Assembly: GCA_963797095.1 (NCBI GenBank)
Contig: CAWCNY010000006.1
Span: 608,001 to 672,000 of the forward strand
Direction: 5' to 3'
Source of the DNA: an uncultured Chloroflexia bacterium
GTDB taxonomy: Bacteria > Chloroflexota > Chloroflexia > QHBQ01 > JADMIH01
DNA: 64,000 bases
Shown here piece after piece: positions 38,578 through 50,473 of this stretch (the stretch's first letter is position 1; each line of letters opens with the position of its first letter). A program made the translations under genes and the position numbers. The notes under the pieces are model-generated. The model saw only the letters and a program-made list of their open reading frames with translations, did no database searches and was not told the DNA's origin.

Positions 38578-39866
38578 TAGGCCCTATGCGTCAGAAGAAT
38601 TGAGAAGGCCCATGAGCATGAGAGCTTGGTGTGGGCGTTGGCTGTTGGCACGTAAGGCCGAGGCTATGCGATGTAGACCTCCTCTGTGTAACAAGCTCAC
38701 CTGTGTAACAAGCTCACCGCCGTAGTGCGTAGCGCCGACATCACCGCTCCTCCTTGCCCCACATGGATCAAGCTCCTGTCTTCTCCCATTGTCACGTCCA
38801 CTCTTTATCACCCCTTTGTGCTCCCACTTGCGCTTGATCTGCACTACCTGTGAAAGCCCTGGCCACCGGCTGTAGCTGTAGCCCGCAAGGTCGGTTGAGG
38901 CTATCCCCACTCGCTCCTCTATACGTCCATGTCCCTTGTCCACAGTAGTTGCAGAACGGTAGTCGAACTCCTCCTCCTTTGCTTGTTGGGCATTCTGCAT
39001 TTCGGGTGCCTGGAAGAGAGTGTCCAACTCCTCCAGCAACTGGGGTTGATTGCCTCGCACCACCAGCAACTGGGGTTGATTGCCTCGCACCACCACCAGA
39101 TAATCACCCCCATCCCCAAGCACCATCTCGCACAACTGCACCTGGCAGTACAAGGCATCCCCTGTCAGTATCCTTCCCTGCCAACTGATGCTACTCACCA
39201 ACTTTGGCGCTCCACTTAGTTCAGCTTCTCCATGCTGGTTATCCAGAGCGAGTTGGGCCAGCACTACCCCAACGTCGTGGCAGAATGCTTCTATGTCATG
39301 GATTGTGCAAGCATTATCAGGCTCAAACTGCAACTGATCCTTGCGAGCCTTACCGTCCACAGCTACTGCCTGCTGGCCACGTCGCCGTATTCGCTTATGC
39401 GAGTTTTGCTCTTGCTCAAAGTAATCAGTCAGTGCCATACGCAGTTGGTGTGGGTCAAGACGACGAAACAGACGGTGGAGTGTGGACTGGGTAGGGCTGC
39501 GGTCCATGGGTAGATCGAGTGCCTGCCGAAGTTGGGGCGATAAGCCCTGTGCCCACTCAGCAATAGCCAACACCGATAGGCAGTTGCACAGGATACCAGC
39601 CACAGCCAGGCACAACAAGCTCGGTAGCCAATAGACCCGGCCTTGAGCACGGCGGGGATCGGGTACTGTCGCAAAGGCTTGGAACAGATCGCAAATCCCG
39701 AGGTCGAACTGCTCATATTCGTACTGATAGGCATAGGATTTAGATGCTGTATACTGAATTGGGCGTTCCTTTCTGCTATGGGATTCTTAGTCGAACCCTA
39801 TCTTAGCAGAGGAACGCTCGTTTGTCTTTCTCTCTTATTCCCTCCTTTTAGCACGCATAAGCCCTG
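38578..39866 (-). mobile_element. ISAs1-family element, decayed
   Basis: 10-bp direct repeat GGGATCTGGT (38568-77 and 39867-76); imperfect IRs CAGGGCTTATGCGT / TAGGCCCTATGCGT. Confidence 0.85.
38584..39759 (-). pseudogene. ISAs1 transposase pseudogene
   Basis: VPDPR, AVDGK, GDALYCQ, KGHGRIEER; ATT where the start is expected; HWxIEN segment missing; 30-bp and 17-bp duplications. Confidence 0.85.
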
Positions 39867-39923
39867 GGGATCTGGTAGAGGCCTGTGTATACTTTATGAG
39901 ATCTATTATACAATTGACCCGAC

Positions 39924-41687
39924 ATGGAAACGCGAGAACTCCCGGACCACTCCCCGGCAAAAACCGATCCAAAGGCAACCGGCATCTTGCCTCTTGACGA
40001 CGAGGAGACCCAGATGCTGCCAGACCTAACCGCCTCAGCAGGCATCGCAGGCACATCTCTAGGCCTTGACGATCTCGGTGAGAGCATGGAGTCCCGTCCC
40101 CCCGCAGTAAGTGGCGTGGGGCGTATGCTCGCCCTCAACACGGCCATCGTGAGCGGGGCGTTCATCCTGAGCCGGGTGCTTGGGCTTGTGCGCGAGGCTG
40201 TGATTGCGGGGCAGTTTGGGGCTTCGGGCCAGCTCGACACTTACATCGCGGCTTTTCGTCTGCCCGATACCCTCTTCATCATAATAATTGGCGGTGCTGT
40301 TGGCTCTGCCTTCATCCCTGTGTTCACAGCGCTTTTGAGCAAAGGTCGAGACGCGCAGGCATGGCACCTGGCGTCTACACTAATCAACGCATCGGTAGTC
40401 CTCTTGAGCCTAGGCGGTATCCTACTGGGCTTTATAGCGCCCCTGGTGGTGGGCACCATCCTTTTCTCTCAGGGCACGCCTGAGCAGCAAGCTACCGTCA
40501 CCGATCTAACCCGTATCATGCTAATATCGCCGCTTTTCCTGGGGCTGGGTGGGTGGGCGCAGGGCATCCTCAACGCCCGCCAACGGTTCACTCTGCCCGC
40601 GCTTGCTCCGGTCTTCTACAATCTCGCCATAATCGCGGGGGCTCTCTTCTTAGCGCCCACCTTTGGTGTGTATGGTCTCGCCTGGGGTGTGGTAGCGGGT
40701 GCGCTCCTCCATTTCGGGGTGCAAATACCGGGGCTGCGCAAGGCCGGTATGCGTTACGCTCTAAGGCTCAACCTCCGCGATGAGGGCGTGCGCGTGGTTG
40801 GAAAGCTGATCTTGCCGCGTATACTGGGCCAGGCTGCTTTCCAGGTCAACGTGGTGGCGATGACCACCATTGCTCTCTTCCTGGCAGCGGGCAGCCTGTC
40901 GGCTTTCAACTACGCGTACACGATCATGATCTTGCCGCATGGGGTGTTCGCCCTCTCGCTTGCTACAGTTACCTTCCCCACCATGTCAGCGCAATTCGCT
41001 GAGGGCAAACTAGACGACCTCCGAAGAACGTTGGCTGGGGCGGTACGGGTGCTGCTGTTCCTCACTGTGCCCGCCGCGGTCGGTATGTTTGCTTTGCGCG
41101 GGGAACTGGTGGCTGCCCTCTTCCAGTTAGGCAAATTCAGCGTGGAGGATACACAACTGGTGGCCTCGGCTCTCGCCTACTTCGCGCTTGGCCTCGTCTC
41201 TTATGCGGTAGTAGAGATCATTACACGTGCCTTCTACGCCCTGCACGACACGCGTACCCCTGTACTAATAGCGGTCGTCACCGTGCTCCTGAATGTGGCC
41301 CTGGCCGCCTACCTCGCTCTCGCCATCGGGATGAACCAGGATGGGCTGGCTCTTAGCCTGGCTTTTACCACGACCATTGAAATGGTGCTGCTATGGGTCT
41401 TCCTGGGGCGCAAACTTCCAGGCTGGCAACTGTCACTGGATGGGATGTTCTTTTCCATTGGGAAGAGCACGTTGTCCGCCCTTCTAATGGGCGCAGTGCT
41501 GCTCCTGGCGATGCCCCTGTTACGCGACCTTCTGCCGCTTGCCAGTACAAGCAAGCTGGAAGCTATCGTGTTGCTGGCGGTTGGTGTGGGCCTCGGTGGG
41601 ATCGTCTATCTGGGCCTGGCAAAGGCTCTACGCTCCCAGGAAGTTGATCGGTCAACATCCCTCATTTTGCGTCGCCTGGGGCGCTAA
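39924..41687 (+). CDS. murJ: Lipid II flippase MurJ
   Basis: SRVLGLVRE, AFRLPD, AFIPVF, RAFYALHDTRTP. Confidence 0.93.
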   Translation: METRELPDHSPAKTDPKATGILPLDDEETQMLPDLTASAGIAGTSLGLDDLGESMESRPPAVSGVGRMLALNTAIVSGAFILSRVLGLVREAVIAGQFGASGQLDTYIAAFRLPDTLFIIIIGGAVGSAFIPVFTALLSKGRDAQAWHLASTLINASVVLLSLGGILLGFIAPLVVGTILFSQGTPEQQATVTDLTRIMLISPLFLGLGGWAQGILNARQRFTLPALAPVFYNLAIIAGALFLAPTFGVYGLAWGVVAGALLHFGVQIPGLRKAGMRYALRLNLRDEGVRVVGKLILPRILGQAAFQVNVVAMTTIALFLAAGSLSAFNYAYTIMILPHGVFALSLATVTFPTMSAQFAEGKLDDLRRTLAGAVRVLLFLTVPAAVGMFALRGELVAALFQLGKFSVEDTQLVASALAYFALGLVSYAVVEIITRAFYALHDTRTPVLIAVVTVLLNVALAAYLALAIGMNQDGLALSLAFTTTIEMVLLWVFLGRKLPGWQLSLDGMFFSIGKSTLSALLMGAVLLLAMPLLRDLLPLASTSKLEAIVLLAVGVGLGGIVYLGLAKALRSQEVDRSTSLILRRLGR

Positions 41688-41893
41688 AACCCCAAAAGTA
41701 CTACGATTCCAGGCACCTTCACGCTAAGTGCTAGCACAATATATTACTAAAGTAGTATATTTCAGTAGCCATCCGGACCAGGCGTCTCTCCCCCCAAAAT
41801 CCCATTGTGGTCGGGGTCTAATTGGCCCTATGCTTAAGTAGACCGTTCAATACAGTCCTCCATAATAATTCAAGGGAAATGAGGTTCGGATTA

Positions 41894-42772
41894 GTGTACT
41901 CCGACATAAAAGAAAGCCCCTGTAAGAAAGGGATATTAGCAGCATGCATATCAGCAGCGGTATTAACGCTGATGCTTCCTTTGTTCACAATGACCGGAGG
42001 GGCCAATGCCTCGCCACTCGTAGCACCCGCCGCAGGCGCTCCGCCCCCTCCTCCCACAGCGCCCGCCACCTTGCCTGCTGCCTCACCGACCGGACAGTCG
42101 GCAACGCCCACCGTGCCCGGCCCCGTACCCACAGGTGTTATGCCTCCCGGCTCATGCTCGATTACATTCTCAGATGTTGAGCCTGAAGCCTGGTACTACA
42201 ATTACATCATGTGGATGGCGTGTAATGGCATAGCTCAGGGCTACCCTGATGGCACCTTCAAGCCGGGCAACCTTGCCACGCGCGGCCAGATAGTCAAAAT
42301 CGTAGTAAGCGCATTCGACCTGCCGCTCCACAACTTCGACGGATCGCACTTCGCCGACGTGCCCGTAGGTAGCACATTCTTCGACTGGGTAGAGACGGCG
42401 GCCTTCTACCAAATAGTCGAAGGGTATCCATGCGGAGGCCCTGGCGAACCTTGCAACGCGCTGAACCAGCCCTACTATCGACCGAACAGCAACGTGAGCC
42501 GGGCGCAATTGACCAAGATAATCGTGATCGCAGCCCAATTGACGAACCCTTCGGCCTGGATCCTCCTGAACCCGTCGGAGGCCACTTTCAGCGACGTTCC
42601 GACCGGCAGCACCTTCTACGTGTACGTCGAAACTGCGGTTACTCACGGTGTGTTGGAAGGTTATCCATGCGGAGGATCGGGCGAACCTTGCCCAGGTCGC
42701 TACTTCCGTCCCAATGGCACTGCTACCCGCGCCCAATTGTCGAAGATGGTGTACGAGGCTGTAGTTCCCTAA
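41894..42772 (+). CDS. Exported S-layer homology (3x SLH) protein
   Basis: Signal-like segment, Pro-rich linker, three FSDV...GYP..F.P...TRAQ repeats with CGGPGEPC loops; start uncertain. Confidence 0.85.
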   Translation: MYSDIKESPCKKGILAACISAAVLTLMLPLFTMTGGANASPLVAPAAGAPPPPPTAPATLPAASPTGQSATPTVPGPVPTGVMPPGSCSITFSDVEPEAWYYNYIMWMACNGIAQGYPDGTFKPGNLATRGQIVKIVVSAFDLPLHNFDGSHFADVPVGSTFFDWVETAAFYQIVEGYPCGGPGEPCNALNQPYYRPNSNVSRAQLTKIIVIAAQLTNPSAWILLNPSEATFSDVPTGSTFYVYVETAVTHGVLEGYPCGGSGEPCPGRYFRPNGTATRAQLSKMVYEAVVP

Positions 42773-42817
42773 CACGCTTGACGCTTACCCCCGCTGGATT
42801 GTATAATTATCCAGCAT

Positions 42818-42891
42818 CGGGGTGTAGCGCAGCCCGGCAGCGCACATCGTTTGGGACGATGGGGCCACAGGTTCAAATCCTGTCACCCCGA
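42818..42891 (+). tRNA. tRNA-Pro (UGG), CCA not encoded
   Basis: CGGGGTG/CACCCCG acceptor stem, anticodon arm CATCG-TTTGGGA-CGATG, GGTTCAAATCC T-arm; upstream TTGACG-N18-TATAAT. Confidence 0.95.
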
Positions 42892-43046
42892 CACATTGGC
42901 TCCCGCCATTTGCAATCTTCATTGCGATAAAGGCGGGAGCCTTGCACGTTAATGATACCGTGGACCTACCGAGATAGCAATGCCACCAGAGAGCCATTCC
43001 ATCCTGGTCTGGCGACAAAAGACCTCCAGATCGGGGCTTTTACCCA

Positions 43047-43075
43047 TTGACTATTTAGTACATTTGTGCTATTAT
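43047..43075 (+). promoter_or_regulatory. Promoter with an internal near-palindrome (possible LexA box)
   Basis: TTGACT-N17-TATTAT containing TAGTAC-ATTT-GTGCTA. Confidence 0.5.
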
Positions 43076-43146
43076 GGAGTTACCGTCTCACTACCCCGAC
43101 CAACTTGTAGCACCCCAATTCCTTATCAACCTGGAGGACAAATCTC

Positions 43147-43512
43147 GTGGTAAATCCTATTGTGCATGTGGAAATTCCGGCAATCGATCCGGCATCGGCA
43201 GCGCAGTTCTATTCCGATATTTTTGGTTGGTCGATCATCAAGGACGATCAATTCAATTATCACATGTTCCGGGCCGAAGGCGGCCCCGGAGGCGGCTTCA
43301 CCACGGTAGGTCAGTACGGTACCGAAGTCGGCGATGTGCTCGTTTACATGGGCACCGACGACATTGACGGCACATTGGCAAAGATCGAAGCGGCAGGCGG
43401 CAAGGTCGTCTCCGCCAAGCAGGAGATCCCCGGCACCGGTTGGTTTGCCGTCTTCACCGACCCCACCGGCAATAAGCTTGCCCTCTATACGCCAGTGGAG
43501 AGGCAGAGCTAA
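43147..43512 (+). CDS. VOC/glyoxalase family protein
   Basis: HVEIPAID..AA.FYSDIFGW, EIPGTGWFAVFTDPTGN. Confidence 0.92.
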   Translation: MVNPIVHVEIPAIDPASAAQFYSDIFGWSIIKDDQFNYHMFRAEGGPGGGFTTVGQYGTEVGDVLVYMGTDDIDGTLAKIEAAGGKVVSAKQEIPGTGWFAVFTDPTGNKLALYTPVERQS

Positions 43513-43536
43513 TTCACTGAGCAACTTATAGTAGTC

Positions 43537-43571
43537 AGGCAGTTGGCCCGGTAGGCCAACTGCCTTTCTTT
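43537..43571 (+). terminator. Intrinsic terminator
   Basis: AGGCAGTTGGCC-CGGTA-GGCCAACTGCCT followed by TTCTTT. Confidence 0.8.
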
Positions 43572-43631
43572 GGTCAATGTCAAAGCGTGAGAAATAGCTC
43601 TTACCGACCTCACGAATCGCGTGCGTCGCGC

Positions 43632-43660
43632 TTGACATCCACTCATGCTTCCCGTATAAT
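43632..43660 (+). promoter_or_regulatory. rpsL promoter
   Basis: Consensus TTGACA-N17-TATAAT. Confidence 0.85.
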
Positions 43661-43710
43661 GATATTCTGTGCGCAAAGTGCGCCTTTTTAGAAGTTGTTG
43701 AGGAGAACCA

Positions 43711-44142
43711 ATGCCGACGATTAATCAACTTGTGCGCAAGGGCCGCGCAACAACGAGCAAGAAGACCAAGGCTCCGGCTCTGCGCTTCATATTAAATTCA
43801 AGTACCCAGCAGGTGCGCCGTGGCAAAGGCTCGCCTCAGAAGCGCGGTGTTTGCACTCAAGTGCGTACCATGACCCCCAAGAAGCCCAACTCGGCCCTCC
43901 GCAAGATCGCCCGCGTTCGCCTCTCGAATGGCATGGAAGTCACCGCCTATATTCCCGGTGAAGGCCACAACTTGCAGGAGCACTCGGTAGTGCTTATCCG
44001 CGGTGGTCGTGTCAAGGACTTGCCTGGCGTGCGCTATCACATCATTCGTGGCACGCTTGACGCACAGGGCGTCAAGGATCGCAAGCGCGGTCGCTCCAAG
44101 TATGGAGCCAAAAACCCGGCCAAGGCCAAGAAGGGTAGATAA
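43711..44142 (+). CDS. rpsL: 30S ribosomal protein uS12
   Basis: [30 protein letters not shown]. Confidence 0.99.
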   Translation: MPTINQLVRKGRATTSKKTKAPALRFILNSSTQQVRRGKGSPQKRGVCTQVRTMTPKKPNSALRKIARVRLSNGMEVTAYIPGEGHNLQEHSVVLIRGGRVKDLPGVRYHIIRGTLDAQGVKDRKRGRSKYGAKNPAKAKKGR

Positions 44143-44212
44143 TATTCGTTAGTCTGTTGTCGAATACCCGCATGACAACTGACAACTCGTACACACGGAG
44201 GAATAACGGCAA

Positions 44213-44683
44213 ATGCCACGACGAGGTAGATTTGACAAGCACCCGCTCCTGCCCGATGCCCGCTACAACAGCCTGATGGTATCCAGATTCATCAACAAGC
44301 TGATGGTAAGGGGCAAGAAGGGTCTGGCCGAGAGCATTTTGTACGGAACAATCGATGAGCTTGAGCGCCGCGCCAAGCGGCCCGGCTTAGAAGTGTTCGA
44401 GCAGGCTCTGCGCAATGCCACCCCCGTGATCGAGGTCAAGCCTCGCCGCGTCGGTGGTGCGACTTACCAGGTGCCGGTCGAGATCAAGGGCGACCGTCGC
44501 CAGTCGCTCGCCATCAGGTGGATCCTCGCCGCCGCCCGCAAGCGTTCGGGCAGAAGCATGGTAGACCGCCTCTCAGCCGAACTGATGGACGCCTCCAATA
44601 ATGTGGGCACCACCATCAAGAAGAGGGAAGATACCCACAGGATGGCCGAAGCCAACAGGGCTTTCGCCCACTACAGGTTCTAA
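44213..44683 (+). CDS. rpsG: 30S ribosomal protein uS7
   Basis: [25 protein letters not shown]. Confidence 0.99.
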   Translation: MPRRGRFDKHPLLPDARYNSLMVSRFINKLMVRGKKGLAESILYGTIDELERRAKRPGLEVFEQALRNATPVIEVKPRRVGGATYQVPVEIKGDRRQSLAIRWILAAARKRSGRSMVDRLSAELMDASNNVGTTIKKREDTHRMAEANRAFAHYRF

Positions 44684-44710
44684 CGAGCAACCAGAACAGC
44701 CTGACAAAGC

Positions 44711-44745
44711 AGAGAGGCGAGTTCCGAAGAACCCGCCTCTCTTGT
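44711..44745. terminator. Terminator between rpsG and the Uma2 gene
   Basis: AGAGAGGCGAGTTC...GAACCCGCCTCTCTTGTT. Confidence 0.7.
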
Positions 44746-44759
44746 TGTGTACTGGCTTG

Positions 44760-45377
44760 CTACTCTGCGTCTAGTACCTCGCCTATACCAACAGAGAACC
44801 CATCCAAGAGTACCGAAGTGGCCATGTCGCCCCGGCGATAGACACCATGTTCGGCATATACGCCATCTGCCAGTGATAGGATTGCGCACGTCTCGGTCGT
44901 TGGATTGACAATCCAGTATTCAGGGATGAGGGCTTTGGCGTAATCTCGTCGCTTTTCTGTGATGTCACGCTCGGGGTTGTCGGGGCTGACTACCTCGATT
45001 ACCAGGTCGGCTCCCAGCCAGTAGGCGTTTTGCCGCCGGGTATCTCTACTGTCGAATAACACTAGAAGGTCCGGTTCCCGAAATCTATCCTCATAGACCC
45101 TGAGCCGGAGAGGCGCAACTCTTACGATCCCGCCTCGCGATTGCAGCAACGAATGTAGTGCGTAGAGCAGAAATTGCACGATCGCTTGATGGTGATCAGT
45201 GGGCATGGATAACACCTCGAGATTGCCGGCGGTGAATTCAATCATCTTGTTGGTGTGATTTGTAAGGCGCAAGTACTGCTCTGTAGTCCAGGTGCCTTGA
45301 ATCTCATCGAGATCGGCGATAATCTCGCCGGCACCATCAACTACTTTGAGAGTTTGAGATCGTGCTGTAGCAACCAT
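44760..45377 (-). CDS. Uma2 (DUF820) family endonuclease-like protein
   Basis: REPDLLV, ADLVIEVVSP, D...KRRDY....IPEYWIVNP. Confidence 0.92.
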   Translation of the reverse strand: MVATARSQTLKVVDGAGEIIADLDEIQGTWTTEQYLRLTNHTNKMIEFTAGNLEVLSMPTDHHQAIVQFLLYALHSLLQSRGGIVRVAPLRLRVYEDRFREPDLLVLFDSRDTRRQNAYWLGADLVIEVVSPDNPERDITEKRRDYAKALIPEYWIVNPTTETCAILSLADGVYAEHGVYRRGDMATSVLLDGFSVGIGEVLDAE

Positions 45378-45553
45378 TGTGAGTTCTCCGCAGGGAATTG
45401 ATGAAGCAAAATCACATTGCTGAATCGTTCACTTGTGAGTATATCACCAGCCCATTACCCGCCGCAAACAGGCAAGCGCAACATCCGCAAATGTGGTATA
45501 ATTGTTGAGATTGCCACAAAATCAGAGCTTTATATAAGCATGGAGGGAAAGAA

Positions 45554-47629
<2,076 letters not shown>

Positions 47630-47662
47630 GTTCAGCGCTCAATGCCCAATTAGATATGAAAG

Positions 47663-47700
47663 AAGAAGACCAGGTACTGTGCACAGTACCTGGTCTTCTT
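47663..47700. terminator. Terminator after fusA
   Basis: Perfect 18-bp arms AAGAAGACCAGGTACTGT / ACAGTACCTGGTCTTCTT. Confidence 0.85.
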
Positions 47701-47793
47701 GCATTATGCTGTAGTAAGCCCATATGGGCGCGGTAAACGCCTCGGACCTTGGGCTGGCGCGCCGTATCATAGCATCCAAGCGCTGACCGTTCT

Positions 47794-48282
47794 CTACCCC
47801 AATATTAGCGCCGCCCATCGCCGCACTATATCATGGTGCACTTCCCAGGCATCCCAGGCCGATCCACCCCATTTCCATACCGCCTTCGTATGTTCATCAC
47901 TATTTCGAGCGGCATAAACATCCATCACGGTGATATCTCCACGCGATGTAGGCGGCTCCAACCAGAAATATCTGACCCTCGACTCCATAGCCCAAGTAGG
48001 TACCATCGATGCTTGCACGGGCGGAAATCCACGCTCCAACATCAAGTAAAGCCGTATCAGATGCGCAGCTATGGCATTGATGGTTTGGGTAGAAGGGCTG
48101 CCAGGGTGTTGCACTGCATAAGCATCAACGGTAACTCGATAGGCCTGGCGGTACACGGGGTCTCTGTACTGCCTGGCCATCACATCGCCATAGGTGACCC
48201 AACAACCGGGTGAAGTATCCAAATATGTGTGTACCATGCCCGCGATATCGGGCACTTGCGCTCCACATCCAATACAGAGCAC
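47794..48282 (-). CDS. DUF5946-like hypothetical protein
   Basis: CxGCGA..H.Y..SPGCW, VDAYAVQHP; start uncertain. Confidence 0.65.
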   Translation of the reverse strand: MLCIGCGAQVPDIAGMVHTYLDTSPGCWVTYGDVMARQYRDPVYRQAYRVTVDAYAVQHPGSPSTQTINAIAAHLIRLYLMLERGFPPVQASMVPTWAMESRVRYFWLEPPTSRGDITVMDVYAARNSDEHTKAVWKWGGSAWDAWEVHHDIVRRWAALILG

Positions 48283-48470
48283 TCGCTTTGCCGTCCCTTC
48301 CGTGATCTTCCTCCTCTAGTTAATGTGGTCCTCTATCCGATTGCATACACAAGCAACCAGTTAGCTATGAATTGGGAGGCTGTTCACAGTTGAAGCTGGG
48401 CACGCTAAATTTCCACAGGACAACACTGTGCCATTCTCTCTAAACACGTACACGGTTCTTCCAACAACCG

Positions 48471-48704
48471 TCAAGAATACTCGGTACCGTCTCTATCTAT
48501 GACGCCCGGTACTTGCAGAGGACTGCTGTAAAATCGCGCCATAAACTCACAATGCTGTAGAGAAGTGGGGCCTTTGTGCCATGCTTCTTCGAGCTGCTTG
48601 CATAAGCGCTCCGCATCTTCACGGGTTCTGAGGCCCGGATAGCTGCCCCAGTTACCCCATACATACCTTGGCTCATCACGCTCAAATATGACCCACATAG
48701 CCAT
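48471..48704 (-). CDS. Small hypothetical protein
   Basis: 77-aa ORF with a GGAAGGG RBS-like sequence. Confidence 0.4.
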   Translation of the reverse strand: MAMWVIFERDEPRYVWGNWGSYPGLRTREDAERLCKQLEEAWHKGPTSLQHCEFMARFYSSPLQVPGVIDRDGTEYS

Positions 48705-48977
48705 CCCTTCCGCTTTTGGACTAGAACATGTAAGTTGTTGGCACTTGATGACGGATTGGACTTGTTATAGTGGAGTCCGTGCTTGTAAATAGCAATTTGT
48801 ATTCTTTAGTAGCGTAGAACTCTATACACCATCTCCAGGGTTCTATTACTAATTCCTGACTGATACATAGAATAGCATATTAACATTCCAAAATCAATAG
48901 GCATAACAGCGCTTCGAACTCTTTCTTGGGCCTGCAAGCTCTCACTCTAGAGAATATGCAGATCGCTTGCAACACGC

Positions 48978-49006
48978 TTGACACCCGCCCCTATTTCCTA
49001 TATACT
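48978..49006 (+). promoter_or_regulatory. S10 operon promoter
   Basis: TTGACA-N17-TATACT. Confidence 0.8.
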
Positions 49007-49069
49007 TATGTACTGTGCGCTTTTATGCGATGTAATAGGAAAGGGCCAGGAAAATAAAAATCAAATAAG

Positions 49070-49195
49070 AGGCGTATAACGCACGCGGGCGCGTGTGGTT
49101 ACCCTTCAAAGGTGACTACGAAAAAAGTATGGGCTCTGTTTCCATACGCCGTGCGCGGTGCGCTCAAGCGTCAGAAACAGAGCCCTTTTTGTTTG
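49070..49195 (+). promoter_or_regulatory. Structured S10 leader with a terminator-like stem
   Basis: GGGCTCTGTTT (49131-41) pairs with AAACAGAGCCC (49175-85), followed by TTTTTGTTT. Confidence 0.6.
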
Positions 49196-49284
49196 TCTTG
49201 AAGATGAAGGTCGAAAAGCAAACTACCAGGCGCGAATACGCAGTAAGCAGTACGCAATAGTACTAACTTAACAAAGGAAGATAA

Positions 49285-49593
49285 ATGGCTACCAAGCAGA
49301 AGATTCGTATAAGGCTCAAAGCGTTTGACCACAGAATTCTTGACCAGTCGGCGCAGCAGATCGTGGAGACAGCTGAGCGCACAGGTGCACTGGTGGCAGG
49401 TCCGGTACCTCTACCCACCAAGATCGAAAAGTACTCCGTCATTCGCGGTCCTTTCATCGACAAGGACTCGCAAGAGCAGTTCGAGATCCGCACCCACAAA
49501 CGTCTCATCGACATTCTGGAGCCAACCCAGAAGACGATCAACGCCCTCATGCGGCTCAACCTGCCCGCAGGCGTAGACGTCGAGATCAAGTAG
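49285..49593 (+). CDS. rpsJ: uS10
   Basis: [18 protein letters not shown]. Confidence 0.99.
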   Translation: MATKQKIRIRLKAFDHRILDQSAQQIVETAERTGALVAGPVPLPTKIEKYSVIRGPFIDKDSQEQFEIRTHKRLIDILEPTQKTINALMRLNLPAGVDVEIK

Positions 49594-49750
49594 ACGAAAG
49601 ACAACAGACGAACGAGGAAGGAATTGCATTCGTCCACCGTCGTCAGTCCTTCGTCATAATAGGGAATCTTGCCTCGGCATCTCGAAGCCGCATGTACCGG
49701 CGATGTGCGCTCGGTAAGGCAAGCGAAACTCCATAGGAGCAAGTACCGAA

Positions 49751-50386
49751 ATGATAAAGGCAATTTTAGGTAGAAAACTGGGCATGACCCAGGTATTTGA
49801 AGCGGCAGGCATCGCCACCGGGGTAACGGTGATCGAGGCCGGGCCTTGCGTTGTCACGCAGGTAAAGACCCCTGAGAAGGATGGCTACACAGGCGTGCAA
49901 CTTGGCTGGGGTGATGTTCGCGAGAACCGCCTCACCAAGTCCGAGCGCGGCCACCTTCGTAAGAAGAAGCTACCCCTGGTACGCCACCTGCGCGAAGTGT
50001 CGGTCGACCCCAACGGCGAGCTTCCTAAGCGTGGATCGCGCATCGATGTGACGATGTTCCAGGAAGGCGATTTCGTGGACGTTATCGGCACCAGCAAAGG
50101 CAAGGGTTTCGCGGGCGTAATGAAGCGCCACAACTTTCGTGGTGGCCCCCGCACACACGGCCAATCTGACCGCTCTCGCCGCCCCGGCTCCATCGGCCCC
50201 GGCTCCACGCCAGGCCGTGTGTTCAAGGGCACCCGCATGGCGGGCCGTATGGGCAACTCCCGCGTTACGGTTCAGAACCTGCGCATAGTTTCTGTCGATC
50301 CGGATCGCAATCTCCTGCTGGTCAAGGGCGCTGTCCCCGGCCCCACCGAGGGAATGTTGATCGTTCGCAAGGCAATAAAGAAGTAG
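49751..50386 (+). CDS. rplC: uL3
   Basis: [15 protein letters not shown]. Confidence 0.99.
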   Translation: MIKAILGRKLGMTQVFEAAGIATGVTVIEAGPCVVTQVKTPEKDGYTGVQLGWGDVRENRLTKSERGHLRKKKLPLVRHLREVSVDPNGELPKRGSRIDVTMFQEGDFVDVIGTSKGKGFAGVMKRHNFRGGPRTHGQSDRSRRPGSIGPGSTPGRVFKGTRMAGRMGNSRVTVQNLRIVSVDPDRNLLLVKGAVPGPTEGMLIVRKAIKK

Positions 50387-50473
50387 CTGGCAGCATAGTA
50401 GTCAGTAGTCAGATGTTTTTCCGATTACCGACTACCTACCACCGACTACTTACGACGTAAGGAGTAATTAGAA

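Noticed and set aside
35879-39866. Composite transposon carrying the dehydratase and PPOX genes
   Set aside because: The flanking elements are from different families and each has its own target duplication
42818-42941. tRNA-Pro as an integration site
   Set aside because: No integrase or duplicated tRNA 3' end seen; the downstream hairpin looks like an ordinary terminator or processing stem
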